64,000 bases of DNA from Eledone cirrhosa (Eukaryota). Positions 38,117 through 51,759 of this stretch are shown here, piece after piece (positions within the stretch are counted from its first letter, which is position 1; every line of letters begins with the position of its first letter). Location of the stretch: contig OZ024743.1 of NCBI GenBank assembly GCA_964016885.1, forward strand, positions 11,780,001-11,844,000. Direction: 5' to 3'. The notes below the pieces were generated by a model. The model was given only the letters and a program-made list of their open reading frames with translations. It was not told where the DNA came from and did no database searches. Made by a program: the position numbers and the translations under genes.

Positions 38117-38640
38117 CATATATCTGTGTGTGTGTGTGTGTGTGTGAATGTGCTTGTAGACACCTGAAATATCGCTTAAGAGAAACTTGACAATAAGGAG
38201 AGGCACCCCAAACTTGAACTTGTTTATAGATATCTCTCTACCTTTGTCACTCTAAGTAAAGCTTTAAAGAATTAGCTTTTAAAGAATTCCCCTTTCTTTA
38301 AACCCATCAACCATGATCTCCACCCATCCTGTAGACACCTGAAATATAGGTATTGTTAGCTTATGAGAAACTTAAAAATAAGGAGTGGCACTCCAATTTG
38401 AACTTGTTTATAGAATTCTGTATGCCTTTGTCACTCTAATTATAAATTATAGGTTTAAAGAATTCCTTTTTCTTTCAACCAATGACCTCCACCCTTCCCA
38501 CTCCCCACCCTCTCCTACCACCAGAAAAGATATAAATACCACCATATTTACTTGGACAGTCAGCTTCCTGATAATTTCTCACGAATGAAACAGTTCCAGT
38601 CCTGTAGAAGCTCTTCTATATTAAAACTTTATACTCTGCA

Positions 38641-38687
<47 letters not shown>

Positions 38688-39253
38688 TGCGGGTGTGAAC
38701 CTGACCGATGTAGACTAAGGCGCCTAGGGGCAATGAAGACGTCGAAGTGATGCCAGCCGTTCAAGATTACACCACAGTAGCAATTCTGATGCATGAAGAA
38801 ATCTGATTGACAGGTGGAGAACGAGAAGAATCAAGAAGTGGGCAACCATGAGTGGCTAGAAATACCGGTGACGTGTACAATTCTTGACCACTTATGGAAT
38901 GACAACAGGATCTAAATCAACAAACGAAGGAATTCGATGTTAAAGGACAATAGGAAAATCTGCTTCGTAGAATCGAGACGTACCCGACGACCGCGCGATT
39001 TCAGAGTTAGGTTTGATCACCATATCGTGCCCCGAGCTGGTTACCCGAGAAACAATTGTAATATGTCCAATAAATTCCTTTCGTCTCGATACTGATTCAC
39101 TTTTTTCTGTGACATCATACTCTGCCCTATGAGAGCATCGAGTGCTCATACGGCCTACCGCATATGGACGCTTTAAGTATCCAACACCAATTATATATAT
39201 ATATATATACAATGATATTAAATAAATGGAAACTATATTTATAAAACTATATT

Positions 39254-39316
39254 TATTTTATTATATATATTTCAAGGGTACCAAAACACATTGGTACGCT
39301 TTCCTCAGATAAAATA
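39254..39316 (-). ncRNA. Minimal type I hammerhead ribozyme
   Basis: TATTTTAT CTGAGGA AAGCGTACCAA-loop-TTGGTACCCTT GAAA TATAT ATA ATAAAATA, in a repeat homologous to the 24.4-kb palindrome arm. Confidence 0.8.
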
Positions 39317-39864
39317 CAAAGTTTGTTTTATAAATAGAGACACAACCCATGAAAATCATACCTTATCGGTAGGATATTCTCTGGTTAGTATATATATGTA
39401 GGGATTTAAATTTTATACTACTAATTAATTTTGATGAAATAAAAATGAGCGACTCAAACAATGCCACATTAATTCAAAATAGTTGGAATGTTGATGCTCT
39501 CTAAACGATTGACACCTTCTTGTATAATATATATTTGTTCCCACAATGACAATTTGTTCCCACAATGACAATTTGTTCCCACAATTGTTACATTGGAATC
39601 TAAGATTTTATCATATAAGACGCAACACTTGCTAAAGTACTGAGAAATTAATGTGAGGAACTAAAAATTGGACGATCAAGTCTGGCCACAGGCGTTAACA
39701 ACTCTAATATTGTTGATGCGCTCAAAATATTTCTTTACATGTTAACAAGTTAACGTGTAAAAAATTATTGAAATAAAAGATGACTATTGATAAGCTGGCA
39801 AGCCGACTTTCATTTTGAAATAAAACAGAGGTATTAGAACTCAAATTAAGAAGAAAAAAAAAGC

Positions 39865-39934
39865 CGCATCGGCGCGAATTGAACCCGAGCCTCCCGCGTG
39901 GCAGGCGGGAAATCTACCACTGAACCACCGATGC
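39865..39934 (-). pseudogene. tRNA-Gly(GCC) pseudogene
   Basis: Reverse complement of Gly-GCC with a disrupted T-stem and a 1-nt deletion. It sits in an inverted, diverged copy of the tRNA flank. Confidence 0.8.
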
Positions 39935-40111
39935 TCAAAGCTTTTACCCCCTATTTTATTAATATCTACTATTATATTTCTATTTGGTCTCAAGATGATA
40001 TTACAAAATGTCTTCGTTCGTATTCACTGTTCTACATATATCTTATTTAGTCTTTATTACGACACATCAATATATAGAACATAATTCACTTATTTAAACA
40101 AATACAGGTGT

Positions 40112-40652
40112 TTGTCCCACCGCTTTCTCTTCGCACCGTTCGCCGTCGAGACCTCAGACGTACTTGGACCCCGTACTGCCGAGCTCCTCCACAAGATCGG
40201 TGCGTCGACGGTTCATCTGAGGAGGGATTCCCGCGAGGTGGGCGGCTGTTCCAGCGGATGCCACTGGCCATCGTCGGCGGGAATGCTTTTGCCGTCTTAT
40301 CCGGGGGCGTAGCACTTCTGCCCTCTTTTCCTAGGCCCAAATCCCAATCACCCCCTCTCAGTCCCCCCCCCCCCCTTCACCCCCTCCATTCACCCCCCCA
40401 TTCACCCCCCCCCCCCTCCCCCTTAATCCCCCTTCACCCCACCTTCACCTACCCCTCTCTTCTGCGACACCAGAGCTCTTGCTATCCCATACCCTTTCCG
40501 TTCTTTTTCTTCTTTCTTTCTCTCTTTTTTCTCTATATATCCCTATTCTTTCTTTCCTTTTGTTTCCCTTTTTTTACTATTGCCGTCATTATAGTTGCCA
40601 TTATTATTATCGGCCCTTATGGCTAATAAATGAAATCATTATTATTATTATT
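40112..40652 (+). mobile_element. CRE-clade non-LTR retrotransposon 3' fragment with (TTA)n tail
   Basis: FAPFAVET..LGP..L..IG and QRMPLAIVGGNA match the CRE RLE C-terminal pattern F.P.A.ET.G..G / QR.S.A..RGNA. A C-rich UTR, AATAAA and (TTA)n follow. Confidence 0.65.
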
Positions 40653-40987
40653 ACGGCCCTTTAGAGTCTGAGTCCAAATCCGCCGAGGTTAGCTTCGCCC
40701 TTCATACTTACGGGGTCGATAAAATAAAGTACCAGTAACGACTTACCCATCCCTCGAAATTGCTGGCCTTGTGCCTATATAAGAAACCATTATTATTATT
40801 GTTACTGTAAATAATATCATGTTTGTACAGTTTTTATCATAAATGTTGTTATTGATTGAATGGTAAGAATTAACAATAAATTATATGTAAAATATCGAAT
40901 GAGAACTAAGACATTTTGCTATATCACATTACATACAAAATAAATTGAATTCAATGATATGAATAAAGTTGATCACCGAAAACGAGA

Positions 40988-41058
40988 GCATCGGTTGTTC
41001 AATGGTAGAATGCACGCTTCCCACGTGTGCGATCCGGGTTCGATTCCCGGCCGATGCA
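40988..41058 (+). tRNA. tRNA-Gly(CCC), unit 1
   Basis: Cloverleaf with anticodon loop TTCCCAC. Confidence 0.87.
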
Positions 41059-41855
41059 TAATTCTCTCTATACTTTTAGTTCTTGAAAACTCTTAGTTTG
41101 ATTTCAATACTTTAATCCTCTTGCTAGTTGTTGAATGTTCTAGTATGATTTCAGGGAATTAATTTCGTGGAATAAAAATGTCCTTGAGGAAACAAATATA
41201 TATTCAGCAATACAGTGTCAATCTTTAAGAGAGCATCAACATTCCGAATATTTTGAATTATTGTGGCATGGCTTGAGCCGCTAATTTTTATTTCATCAAA
41301 AGTAATTAGTATTCAAAAAGTTAAATCTCTCCATATTTATATTCTTGTGTAACAAATATTTCATTCATTTTACATAAGACATATTCTTTTCTTCACTTCG
41401 GTGAAATATTTTATAATCCTAGAATATAGAAATAGATGTTACTGGACAATGGAATGTATGTATCTTCATTTCATACCGAGACTTGATTCGTTGATTAGAA
41501 TTGTAATATGACGTTATATCTATGTATCTATCTAAAAAGAAAGACTAAGAATTATAGAGAGAGATCGCTAAATCGCCTAATGCTGTTCCTAGGGCATTGA
41601 TAATTTGAAATATCTTTTTCTCAAAACACTTACAGGACCATAAGTATTAAATGTGTAAAGTTTGAAAACAATCGGCTGGGTGGTTCTCGAGTTTTAGGGA
41701 GTCAGACTGACAGACAGACAGACATCATCAGTTGTAGATATATAAATTATACTCAGCTTAGTATTGAGTACCTTACTTACAGCGCTAAAAGTATAAAATG
41801 AACCCACTACACTCCAATGCTAGATATGTATAAAATCTATGCCAAAAGTTCGTAA

Positions 41856-41926
41856 GCATCGGTGGTTCAGTGGTAGAATTCTCGCCTGCCACGCGGGAGG
41901 CCCGGGTTCAATTCCCGGTCGATGCA
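41856..41926 (+). tRNA. tRNA-Gly(GCC), unit 1
   Basis: Canonical, with a G7-U66 wobble variant. Confidence 0.93.
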
Positions 41927-42547
41927 ACTCTTTTCTTTAAATTCGACCTCTGGAGATACCTTAATTTTATTTTAAGATGAGAGTCGGCTTACCAGCTTAT
42001 CAATAGTCATCTTTAATGTCAATAATTTTTTACAAGTTAGCTTGTTAACATGTACAGAAAGATTTATTCTGGAAGAAGCGCCATTTCTTTTGAAATCATC
42101 TTCAATAGATGTTACTGGAGAATGAAATGTATGCATCTTCATTTCATATCGAGACTTGATTCGTTGATTAGAATTGAAGCGTGATTTATAGGTTCAAATT
42201 TGACATTAATAGGCATATATATATATATATATAGAAGTGGTTACACAACACTTAGTTCACTATACCGAGAACAATTGTTTCACCTTCGCGGATCCTTAGC
42301 TCGTAAGCTAGGTAGAGTTCGTTCGTGTCTGTGTGTGTGTGTGTCGTTGTTACGCAATGCCGACGAAAGAAAGCCGCGTCGAAAGAAATACAAATCGAAA
42401 GAAAAATAAAAAAAAAGTCGAAAGATGGCGGCGCGGCGGTGGTTGTCGGAATGAATTGGAACGATCGAACGAACGAATGAACTCTACCTAACTCGTCCCA
42501 TGGACTGAGTGCTCTACCACTACGGATATTACCTTCCAGTTTTCTAC

Positions 42548-42634
<87 letters not shown>

Positions 42635-42636
<2 letters not shown>

Positions 42637-42828
42637 CGAAGGAAATGTGGTAAGGAACCAGGTGGACCATAACGCACCAAAGTACTCAATACTTGAGGTA
42701 GTAGAGTGGGTAATAGGAACCAGTAAGACCCCGACAGCTGAGCTCAAGCCGTTTCGACGGCTAATTCTGGGCGGAATTAGCCGTCGAAACGGCCTGAGCT
42801 CAGCTGTCGGGGTCTTACTGGTTCCTAT
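42635..42828 (+). repeat. Hairpin-terminated element (56-bp arms), unit 1; also at 45476-45669 and 48322-48515
   Basis: Arms at 42713-42768 and 42773-42828 with loop GGGC, flanked by (TA)n. Confidence 0.9.
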
Positions 42829-43004
42829 ATATATATATATATATATATATATAAGAATTAAAATACTAGAGTATGTTGGAGTTAAACACTTTCATCATAT
42901 AGAAATGACAGTAAAGATATAGCTCAATGTAATTAAACAGAGCCGAAGAATTATGAAAATAAACCAAGTTTTTGGCTTGTATTGGCCGATAGTGCTTCTT
43001 ATAG

Positions 43005-43058
43005 CTTTACTTGCCCTGATGAGTCCTTAATAGGACGAAACATTGTTGGCTAATAAAG
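43005..43058 (+). ncRNA. Minimal type I hammerhead ribozyme, unit 1
   Basis: CTTTAcTTGCC CTGATGA GTCCT-TAAT-AGGAC GAAA CATT GTT GGCtAATAAAG. Confidence 0.8.
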
Positions 43059-43095
43059 ACTTTTGATGTATTGAAGGCTTCTTTGGTTTATTTTC

Positions 43096-43240
<145 letters not shown>

Positions 43241-43476
43241 GTGCGTGTATGTATGCATATATTTAATACATTTTTAATATATATTTAATATATTTAATAT
43301 TTTTAATTTTTGTGGCATGGCTTGAGCCGCTAATTTTTATTTCATCAAAAGTAATTAGTATTCAAAAAGTTAAATCTGTACATATTCATGAGAACTAAGA
43401 CATTTTGCTATATCACATTACATACAAAATAAATTGAATTCAATGATATGAATAAAGTTGATCACCGTAAACGAAA

Positions 43477-43508
43477 GCATCGGTTGTTCAATTGTAGAAT
43501 GCACGCTT
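43477..43508 (+). pseudogene. 5' half of tRNA-Gly(CCC)
   Basis: Ends at CACGCTT immediately before the anticodon, then (TTA)n. Confidence 0.9.
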
Positions 43509-43856
43509 TATTATTATTATTACGGCCCTTTACGGTCTGAGTCCAAATCCGCCGAGGTTAGCTTCGCCCTTCATACTTACGGGGTCGATAAAATAAAGTA
43601 CCAGTAACGACTTACCCATCCCTCGAAATTGCTGGCCTTGTGCCTATATAAGAAACCATTATTATTATTGTTACTGTAAATAATATCATGTTTGTACAGT
43701 TTTTATCATAAATGTTGTTATTGATTGAATGGTAAGAATTAACAATAAATTATATGTAAAATATCGAATGAGAACTAAGACATCTTGCTATATCACATTA
43801 CATACAAAATAAATTGAATTCAATGATATGAATAAAGTTGATCACCGAAAACGAGA

Positions 43857-43927
43857 GCATCGGTTGTTCAATGGTAGAATTCACGCTTCCCACGTGTGCG
43901 ATCCGGGTTCGATTCCCGGCCGATGCA
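43857..43927 (+). tRNA. tRNA-Gly(CCC), unit 2
   Basis: As unit 1, with a G26T variant. Confidence 0.85.
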
Positions 43928-44724
43928 TAATTCTCTCTATACTTTTAGTTCTTGAAAACTCTTAGTTTGATTTCAATACTTTAATCCTCTTGCTAGTTGT
44001 TGAATGTTCTAGTATGATTTCAGGGAATTAATTTCGTGTAATAAAAATGTCCTTGAGGAAACAAATATATATTCAGCAAGACAGTGTCAATCTTTAAGAG
44101 AGCATCAACATTCCGAATATTTTGAATTATTGTGGCATGGCTTGAGCCGCTAATTTTTATTTCATCAAAAGTAATTAGTATTCAAAAAGTTAAATCTCTC
44201 CATATTTATATTCTTGTGTAACAAATATTTCATTCATTTTACATAAGACATATTCTTTTCTTCACTTCGGTGAAATATTTTATAATCCTAGAATATAGAA
44301 ATAGATGTTACTGGACAATGGAATGTATGTATCTTCATTTCATACCGAGACTTGATTCGTTGATTAGAATTGTAATATGACGTTATATCTATGTATCTAT
44401 CTAAAAAGAAAGACTAAGAATTATAGAGAGAGATCGCTAAATCGCCTAATGCTGTTCCTAGGGCATTGATAATTTGAAATATCTTTTTCTCAAAACACTT
44501 ACAGGACCATAAGTATTAAATGTGTAAAGTTTGAAAACAATCGGCTGGGTGGTTCTCGAGTTTTAGGGAGTCAGACTGACAGACAGACAGACATCATCAG
44601 TTGTAGATATATAAATTATACTCAGCTTAGTATTGAGTACCTTACTTACAGCGCTAAAAGTATAAAATGAACCCACTACACTCCAATGCTAGATATGTAT
44701 AAAATCTATGCCAAAAGTTCGTAA

Positions 44725-44795
44725 GCATCGGTGGTTCAGTGGTAGAATTCTCGCCTGCCACGCGGGAGGCCCGGGTTCAATTCCCGGTCGATGCA
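44725..44795 (+). tRNA. tRNA-Gly(GCC), unit 2
   Basis: As unit 1. Confidence 0.93.
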
Positions 44796-45416
44796 ACTCT
44801 TTTCTTTAAATTCGACCTCTGGAGATACCTTAATTTTATTTTAAGATGAGAGTCGGCTTACCAGCTTATCAATAGTCATCTTTAATGTCAATAATTTTTT
44901 ACAAGTTAGCTTGTTAACATGTACAGAAAGATTTATTCTGGAAGAAGCGCCATTTCTTTTGAAATCATCTTCAATAGATGTTACTGGAGAATGAAATGTA
45001 TGCATCTTCATTTCATATCGAGACTTGATTCGTTGATTAGAATTGAAGCGTGATTTATAGGTTCAAATTTGACATTAATAGGCATATATATATATATATA
45101 TAGAAGTGGTTACACAACACTTAGTTCACTATACCGAGAACAATTGTTTCACCTTCGCGGATCCTTAGCTCGTAAGCTAGGTAGAGTTCGTTCGTGTCTG
45201 TGTGTGTGTGTGTCGTTGTTACGCAATGCCGACGAAAGAAAGCCGCGTCGAAAGAAATACAAATCGAAAGAAAAATAAAAAAAAAGTCGAAAGATGGCGG
45301 CGCGGCGGTGGTTGTCGGAATGAATTGGAACGATCGAACGAACGAATGAACTCTACCTAACTCGTCCCATGGACTGAGTGCTCTACCACTACGGATATTA
45401 CCTTCCAGTTTTCTAC

Positions 45417-45477
<61 letters not shown>

Positions 45478-45664
45478 CGAAGGAAATGTGGTAAGGAACC
45501 AGGTGGACCATAACGCACCAAAGTACTCAATACTTGAGGTAGTAGAGTGGGTAATAGGAACCAGTAAGACCCCGACAGCTGAGCTCAAGCCGTTTCGACG
45601 GCTAATTCTGGGCGGAATTAGCCGTCGAAACGGCCTGAGCTCAGCTGTCGGGGTCTTACTGGTT

Positions 45665-45698
<34 letters not shown>

Positions 45699-45850
45699 AA
45701 TTAAAATACTAGAGTATGTTGGAGTTAAACACTTTCATCATATTATAGAAATGACAGTCAAGATATAGCTCAATGTAATTAAACAGAGCCGAAGAATTAT
45801 GAAAATAAACCAAGTTTTTGGCTTGTATTGGCCGATAGTGCTTCTTATAG

Positions 45851-45904
45851 CTTTACTTGCCCTGATGAGTCCTTAATAGGACGAAACATTGTTGGCTAAT
45901 AAAG
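45851..45904 (+). ncRNA. Hammerhead ribozyme, unit 2
   Basis: Identical to unit 1. Confidence 0.8.
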
Positions 45905-45941
45905 ACTTTTGATGTATTGAAGGCTTCTTTGGTTTATTTTC

Positions 45942-46082
<141 letters not shown>

Positions 46083-46318
46083 GTGCGTGTATGTATGCAT
46101 ATATTTAATACATTTTTAATATATATTTAATATATTTAATATTTTTAATTTTTGTGGCATGGCTTGAGCCGCTAATTTTTATTTCATCAAAAGTAATTAG
46201 TATTCAAAAAGTTAAATCTGTACATATTCATGAGAACTAAGACATTTTGCTATATCACATTACATACAAAATAAATTGAATTCAATGATATGAATAAAGT
46301 TGATCACCGTAAACGAAA

Positions 46319-46350
46319 GCATCGGTTGTTCAATTGTAGAATGCACGCTT
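46319..46350 (+). pseudogene. 5' half of tRNA-Gly(CCC)
   Basis: Same truncation as at 43477. Confidence 0.9.
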
Positions 46351-46698
46351 TATTATTATTATTACGGCCCTTTACGGTCTGAGTCCAAATCCGCCGAGGT
46401 TAGCTTCGCCCTTCATACTTACGGGGTCGATAAAATAAAGTACCAGTAACGACTTACCCATCCCTCGAAATTGCTGGCCTTGTGCCTATATAAGAAACCA
46501 TTATTATTATTGTTACTGTAAATAATATCATGTTTGTACAGTTTTTATCATAAATGTTGTTATTGATTGAATGGTAAGAATTAACAATAAATTATATGTA
46601 AAATATCGAATGAGAACTAAGACATCTTGCTATATCACATTACATACAAAATAAATTGAATTCAATGATATGAATAAAGTTGATCACCGAAAACGAGA

Positions 46699-46769
46699 GC
46701 ATCGGTTGTTCAATGGTAGAATGCACGCTTCCCACGTGTGCGATCCGGGTTCGATTCCCGGCCGATGCA
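46699..46769 (+). tRNA. tRNA-Gly(CCC), unit 3
   Basis: As unit 1. Confidence 0.87.
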
Positions 46770-47566
46770 TAATTCTCTCTATACTTTTAGTTCTTGAAAA
46801 CTCTTAGTTTGATTTCAATACTTTAATCCTCTTGCTAGTTGTTGAATGTTCTAGTATGATTTCAGGGAATTAATTTCGTGTAATAAAAATGTCCTTGAGG
46901 AAACAAATATATATTCAGCAAGACAGTGTCAATCTTTAAGAGAGCATCAACATTCCGAATATTTTGAATTATTGTGGCATGGCTTGAGCCGCTAATTTTT
47001 ATTTCATCAAAAGTAATTAGTATTCAAAAAGTTAAATCTCTCCATATTTATATTCTTGTGTAACAAATATTTCATTCATTTTACATAAGACATATTCTTT
47101 TCTTCACTTCGGTGAAATATTTTATAATCCTAGAATATAGAAATAGATGTTACTGGACAATGGAATGTATGTATCTTCATTTCATACCGAGACTTGATTC
47201 GTTGATTAGAATTGTAATATGACGTTATATCTATGTATCTATCTAAAAAGAAAGACTAAGAATTATAGAGAGAGATCGCTAAATCGCCTAATGCTGTTCC
47301 TAGGGCATTGATAATTTGAAATATCTTTTTCTCAAAACACTTACAGGACCATAAGTATTAAATGTGTAAAGTTTGAAAACAATCGGCTGGGTGGTTCTCG
47401 AGTTTTAGGGAGTCAGACTGACAGACAGACAGACATCATCAGTTGTAGATATATAAATTATACTCAGCTTAGTATTGAGTACCTTACTTACAGCGCTAAA
47501 AGTATAAAATGAACCCACTACACTCCAATGCTAGATATGTATAAAATCTATGCCAAAAGTTCGTAA

Positions 47567-47637
47567 GCATCGGTGGTTCAGTGGTAGAATTCTCGCCTGC
47601 CACGCGGGAGGCCCGGGTTCAATTCCCGGTCGATGCA
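47567..47637 (+). tRNA. tRNA-Gly(GCC), unit 3
   Basis: As unit 1. Confidence 0.93.
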
Positions 47638-48258
47638 ACTCTTTTCTTTAAATTCGACCTCTGGAGATACCTTAATTTTATTTTAAGATGAGAGTCGGCT
47701 TACCAGCTTATCAATAGTCATCTTTAATGTCAATAATTTTTTACAAGTTAGCTTGTTAACATGTACAGAAAGATTTATTCTGGAAGAAGCGCCATTTCTT
47801 TTGAAATCATCTTCAATAGATGTTACTGGAGAATGAAATGTATGCATCTTCATTTCATATCGAGACTTGATTCGTTGATTAGAATTGAAGCGTGATTTAT
47901 AGGTTCAAATTTGACATTAATAGGCATATATATATATATATATAGAAGTGGTTACACAACACTTAGTTCACTATACCGAGAACAATTGTTTCACCTTCGC
48001 GGATCCTTAGCTCGTAAGCTAGGTAGAGTTCGTTCGTGTCTGTGTGTGTGTGTGTCGTTGTTACGCAATGCCGACGAAAGAAAGCCGCGTCGAAAGAAAT
48101 ACAAATCGAAAGAAAAATAAAAAAAAAGTCGAAAGATGGCGGCGCGGCGGTGGTTGTCGGAATGAATTGGAACGATCGAACGAACGAATGAACTCTACCT
48201 AACTCGTCCCATGGACTGAGTGCTCTACCACTACGGATATTACCTTCCAGTTTTCTAC

Positions 48259-48323
<65 letters not shown>

Positions 48324-48510
48324 CGAAGGAAATGTGGTAAGGAACCAGGTGGACCATAACGCACCAAAGTACTCAATACTTGAGGTAGTAGAGTGGGTAA
48401 TAGGAACCAGTAAGACCCCGACAGCTGAGCTCAAACCGTTTCGACGGCTAATTCTGGGCGGAATTAGCCGTCGAAACGGCCTGAGCTCAGCTGTCGGGGT
48501 CTTACTGGTT

Positions 48511-48544
<34 letters not shown>

Positions 48545-48696
48545 AATTAAAATACTAGAGTATGTTGGAGTTAAACACTTTCATCATATTATAGAAATGA
48601 CAGTCAAGATATAGCTCAATGTAATTAAACAGAGCCGAAGAATTATGAAAATAAACCAAGTTTTTGGCTTGTATTGGCCGATAGTGCTTCTTATAG

Positions 48697-48750
48697 CTTT
48701 ACTTGCCCTGATGAGTCCTTAATAGGACGAAACATTGTTGGCTAATAAAG
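48697..48750 (+). ncRNA. Hammerhead ribozyme, unit 3
   Basis: Identical to unit 1. Confidence 0.8.
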
Positions 48751-48787
48751 ACTTTTGATGTATTGAAGGCTTCTTTGGTTTATTTTC

Positions 48788-48902
<115 letters not shown>

Positions 48903-49138
48903 GTGCGTGTATGTATGCATATATTTAATACATTTTTAATATATATTTAATATATTTAATATTTTTAATTTTTGTGGCATGGCTTGAGCCGCTAATTTTT
49001 ATTTCATCAAAAGTAATTAGTATTCAAAAAGTTAAATCTGTACATATTCATGAGAACTAAGACATTTTGCTATATCACATTACATACAAAATAAATTGAA
49101 TTCAATGATATGAATAAAGTTGATCACCGTAAACGAAA

Positions 49139-49170
49139 GCATCGGTTGTTCAATTGTAGAATGCACGCTT
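49139..49170 (+). pseudogene. 5' half of tRNA-Gly(CCC)
   Basis: Same truncation as at 43477. Confidence 0.9.
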
Positions 49171-49518
49171 TATTATTATTATTACGGCCCTTTACGGTCT
49201 GAGTCCAAATCCGCCGAGGTTAGCTTCGCCCTTCATACTTACGGGGTCGATAAAATAAAGTACCAGTAACGACTTACCCATCCCTCGAAATTGCTGGCCT
49301 TGTGCCTATATAAGAAACCATTATTATTATTGTTACTGTAAATAATATCATGTTTGTACAGTTTTTATCATAAATGTTGTTATTGATTGAATGGTAAGAA
49401 TTAACAATAAATTATATGTAAAATATCGAATGAGAACTAAGACATCTTGCTATATCACATTACATACAAAATAAATTGAATTCAATGATATGAATAAAGT
49501 TGATCACCGAAAACGAGA

Positions 49519-49589
49519 GCATCGGTTGTTCAATGGTAGAATGCACGCTTCCCACGTGTGCGATCCGGGTTCGATTCCCGGCCGATGCA
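49519..49589 (+). tRNA. tRNA-Gly(CCC), unit 4
   Basis: As unit 1. Confidence 0.87.
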
Positions 49590-50386
49590 TAATTCTCTCT
49601 ATACTTTTAGTTCTTGAAAACTCTTAGTTTGATTTCAATACTTTAATCCTCTTGCTAGTTGTTGAATGTTCTAGTATGATTTCAGGGAATTAATTTCGTG
49701 TAATAAAAATGTCCTTGAGGAAACAAATATATATTCAGCAAGACAGTGTCAATCTTTAAGAGAGCATCAACATTCCGAATATTTTGAATTATTGTGGCAT
49801 GGCTTGAGCCGCTAATTTTTATTTCATCAAAAGTAATTAGTATTCAAAAAGTTAAATCTCTACATATTTATATTCTTGTGTAACACACATTTCATTCATT
49901 TTACATAAGACATATTCTTTTCTTCACTTCGGTGAAATATTTTATAATCCTAGAATATAGAAATAGATGTTACTGGACAATGGAATGTATGTATCTTCAT
50001 TTCATACCGAGACTTGATTCGTTGATTAGAATTGTAATATGACGTTATATCTATGTATCTATCTAAAAAGAAAGACTAAGAATTATAGAGAGAGATCGCT
50101 AAAACGCCCAATGCCGTTCCTAGGGCATTGATAATTTGAAATATCTTTTTCTCAAAACACTTACAGGACCATAAGTAATACATGTGTAAAGTTTGAAAAC
50201 AATCGGTTGGGTGGTTCTCGAGTTTTAGGGAGTCAGACTGACAGACAGACAGACATCATTAGTTGTAGATATATAAATTATACTCAGCTTAGTATTGAGT
50301 ACCTTACTTACAGCGCTAAAAGTATAAAATGAACCCACTACACTCCAATGCTATATATGTATAAAATCTATGCCAAAAGTTCGTAA

Positions 50387-50457
50387 GCATCGGTGGTTCA
50401 GTGGTAGAATTCTCGCCTGCCACGCGGGAGGCCCGGGTTCAATTCCCGGCCGATGCA
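50387..50457 (+). tRNA. tRNA-Gly(GCC), unit 4
   Basis: Canonical, with a long T terminator. Confidence 0.96.
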
Positions 50458-51100
50458 ACACTTTTTTTTTTTAAATTCGACCTCTGGAGATACCTTAATT
50501 TTATTTTAAGATGAGAGTCGGCTTACCAGCTTATCAATAGTCATCTTTAATTTCAATAATTTTTTACAAGTTAGCTTGTTAACATGTACAGAAAGATTTA
50601 TTCTGGAAGAAGCGCCATTTCTTTTGAAATCATCTTCAATAGATGTTACTGGAGAATGAAATGTATGCATCTTCATTTCATATCGAGACTTGATTCGTTG
50701 ATTAGAATTGAAGCGTGATTTATAGGTTCAAATTTGACATTAATAGGCATATATATATATATATATATAGAAGTGGTTACACAACACTTAGTTCACCATA
50801 CCGAGAACAATTGTTTCACCTTCGCGGATCCTTAGCTCGTAAGCTAGGTAGAGTTCGTTCGTGTCTGTGTGTGTGTGTGTGTCGTTGTTACGCAATGCCG
50901 ACGAAAGAAAGCCGCGTCGAAAGAAATACAAATCGAAATAAAAATAAAAAAATAGTCGAAAGATGGCGGCGCGGCGGTGGTTGTCGGAATGAATTGGAAC
51001 GATCGAACGAACGAACGAACTCTACCTAACTCGTCCCATGGACTGAGTGCTCTACCACTACGGATATTACCTTCCAGTTTTCTACCACACACACACACAT

Positions 51101-51142
<42 letters not shown>

Positions 51143-51295
51143 GAATTAAAATACTAGAGTGTGTTGGAGTTAAACACCCTCATCATATTATAGAAATGAC
51201 AGTAAAGATATAGCTCAATGTAATTAAACAGAGCCGAAGAATTATGAAAATAAACCAAGTTTTTGGCTTGTATTGGCCGATAGTGCTTCTTATAG

Positions 51296-51349
51296 CTTTA
51301 CTTGCCCTGATGAGTCCTTAATAGGACGAAACATTGTTGGCTAATAAAG
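51296..51349 (+). ncRNA. Hammerhead ribozyme, unit 4
   Basis: Identical to unit 1. Confidence 0.8.
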
Positions 51350-51386
51350 ACTTTTGATGTATTGAAGGCTTCTTTGGTTTATATTC

Positions 51387-51444
<58 letters not shown>

Positions 51445-51446
51445 AA

Positions 51447-51499
<53 letters not shown>

Positions 51500-51727
51500 A
51501 TGTATGCATATATTTAATACATTTTTAATATATATTTAATATATTTAATATTTTTAATTTTTGTGGCATGGCTTGAGCCACTAATTTTTATTTCATCAAA
51601 AGTAATTAGTATTCAAAAAGTTAAATCTGTACATATTCATGAGAACTAAGACAATTTGCTATATCACATTACATACAAAATAAATTGAATTCAATGATAT
51701 GAATAAAGTTGATCACCGTAAACGAAA

Positions 51728-51759
51728 GCATCGGTTGTTCAATGGTAGAATGCACGCTT
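51728..51759 (+). pseudogene. 5' half of tRNA-Gly(CCC)
   Basis: Same truncation, with intact A-box (AATGG). Confidence 0.9.

Noticed and set aside
42200-42689. Recurrent short ORFs in each array unit
   Set aside because: They span repeats and microsatellites, and their frames vary between units.
42980-43055. Type III hammerhead topology using the 15-bp helix as stem III
   Set aside because: The triplet would be GCU and no stem I forms. The type I fold fits, so the helix is treated as an alternative fold.
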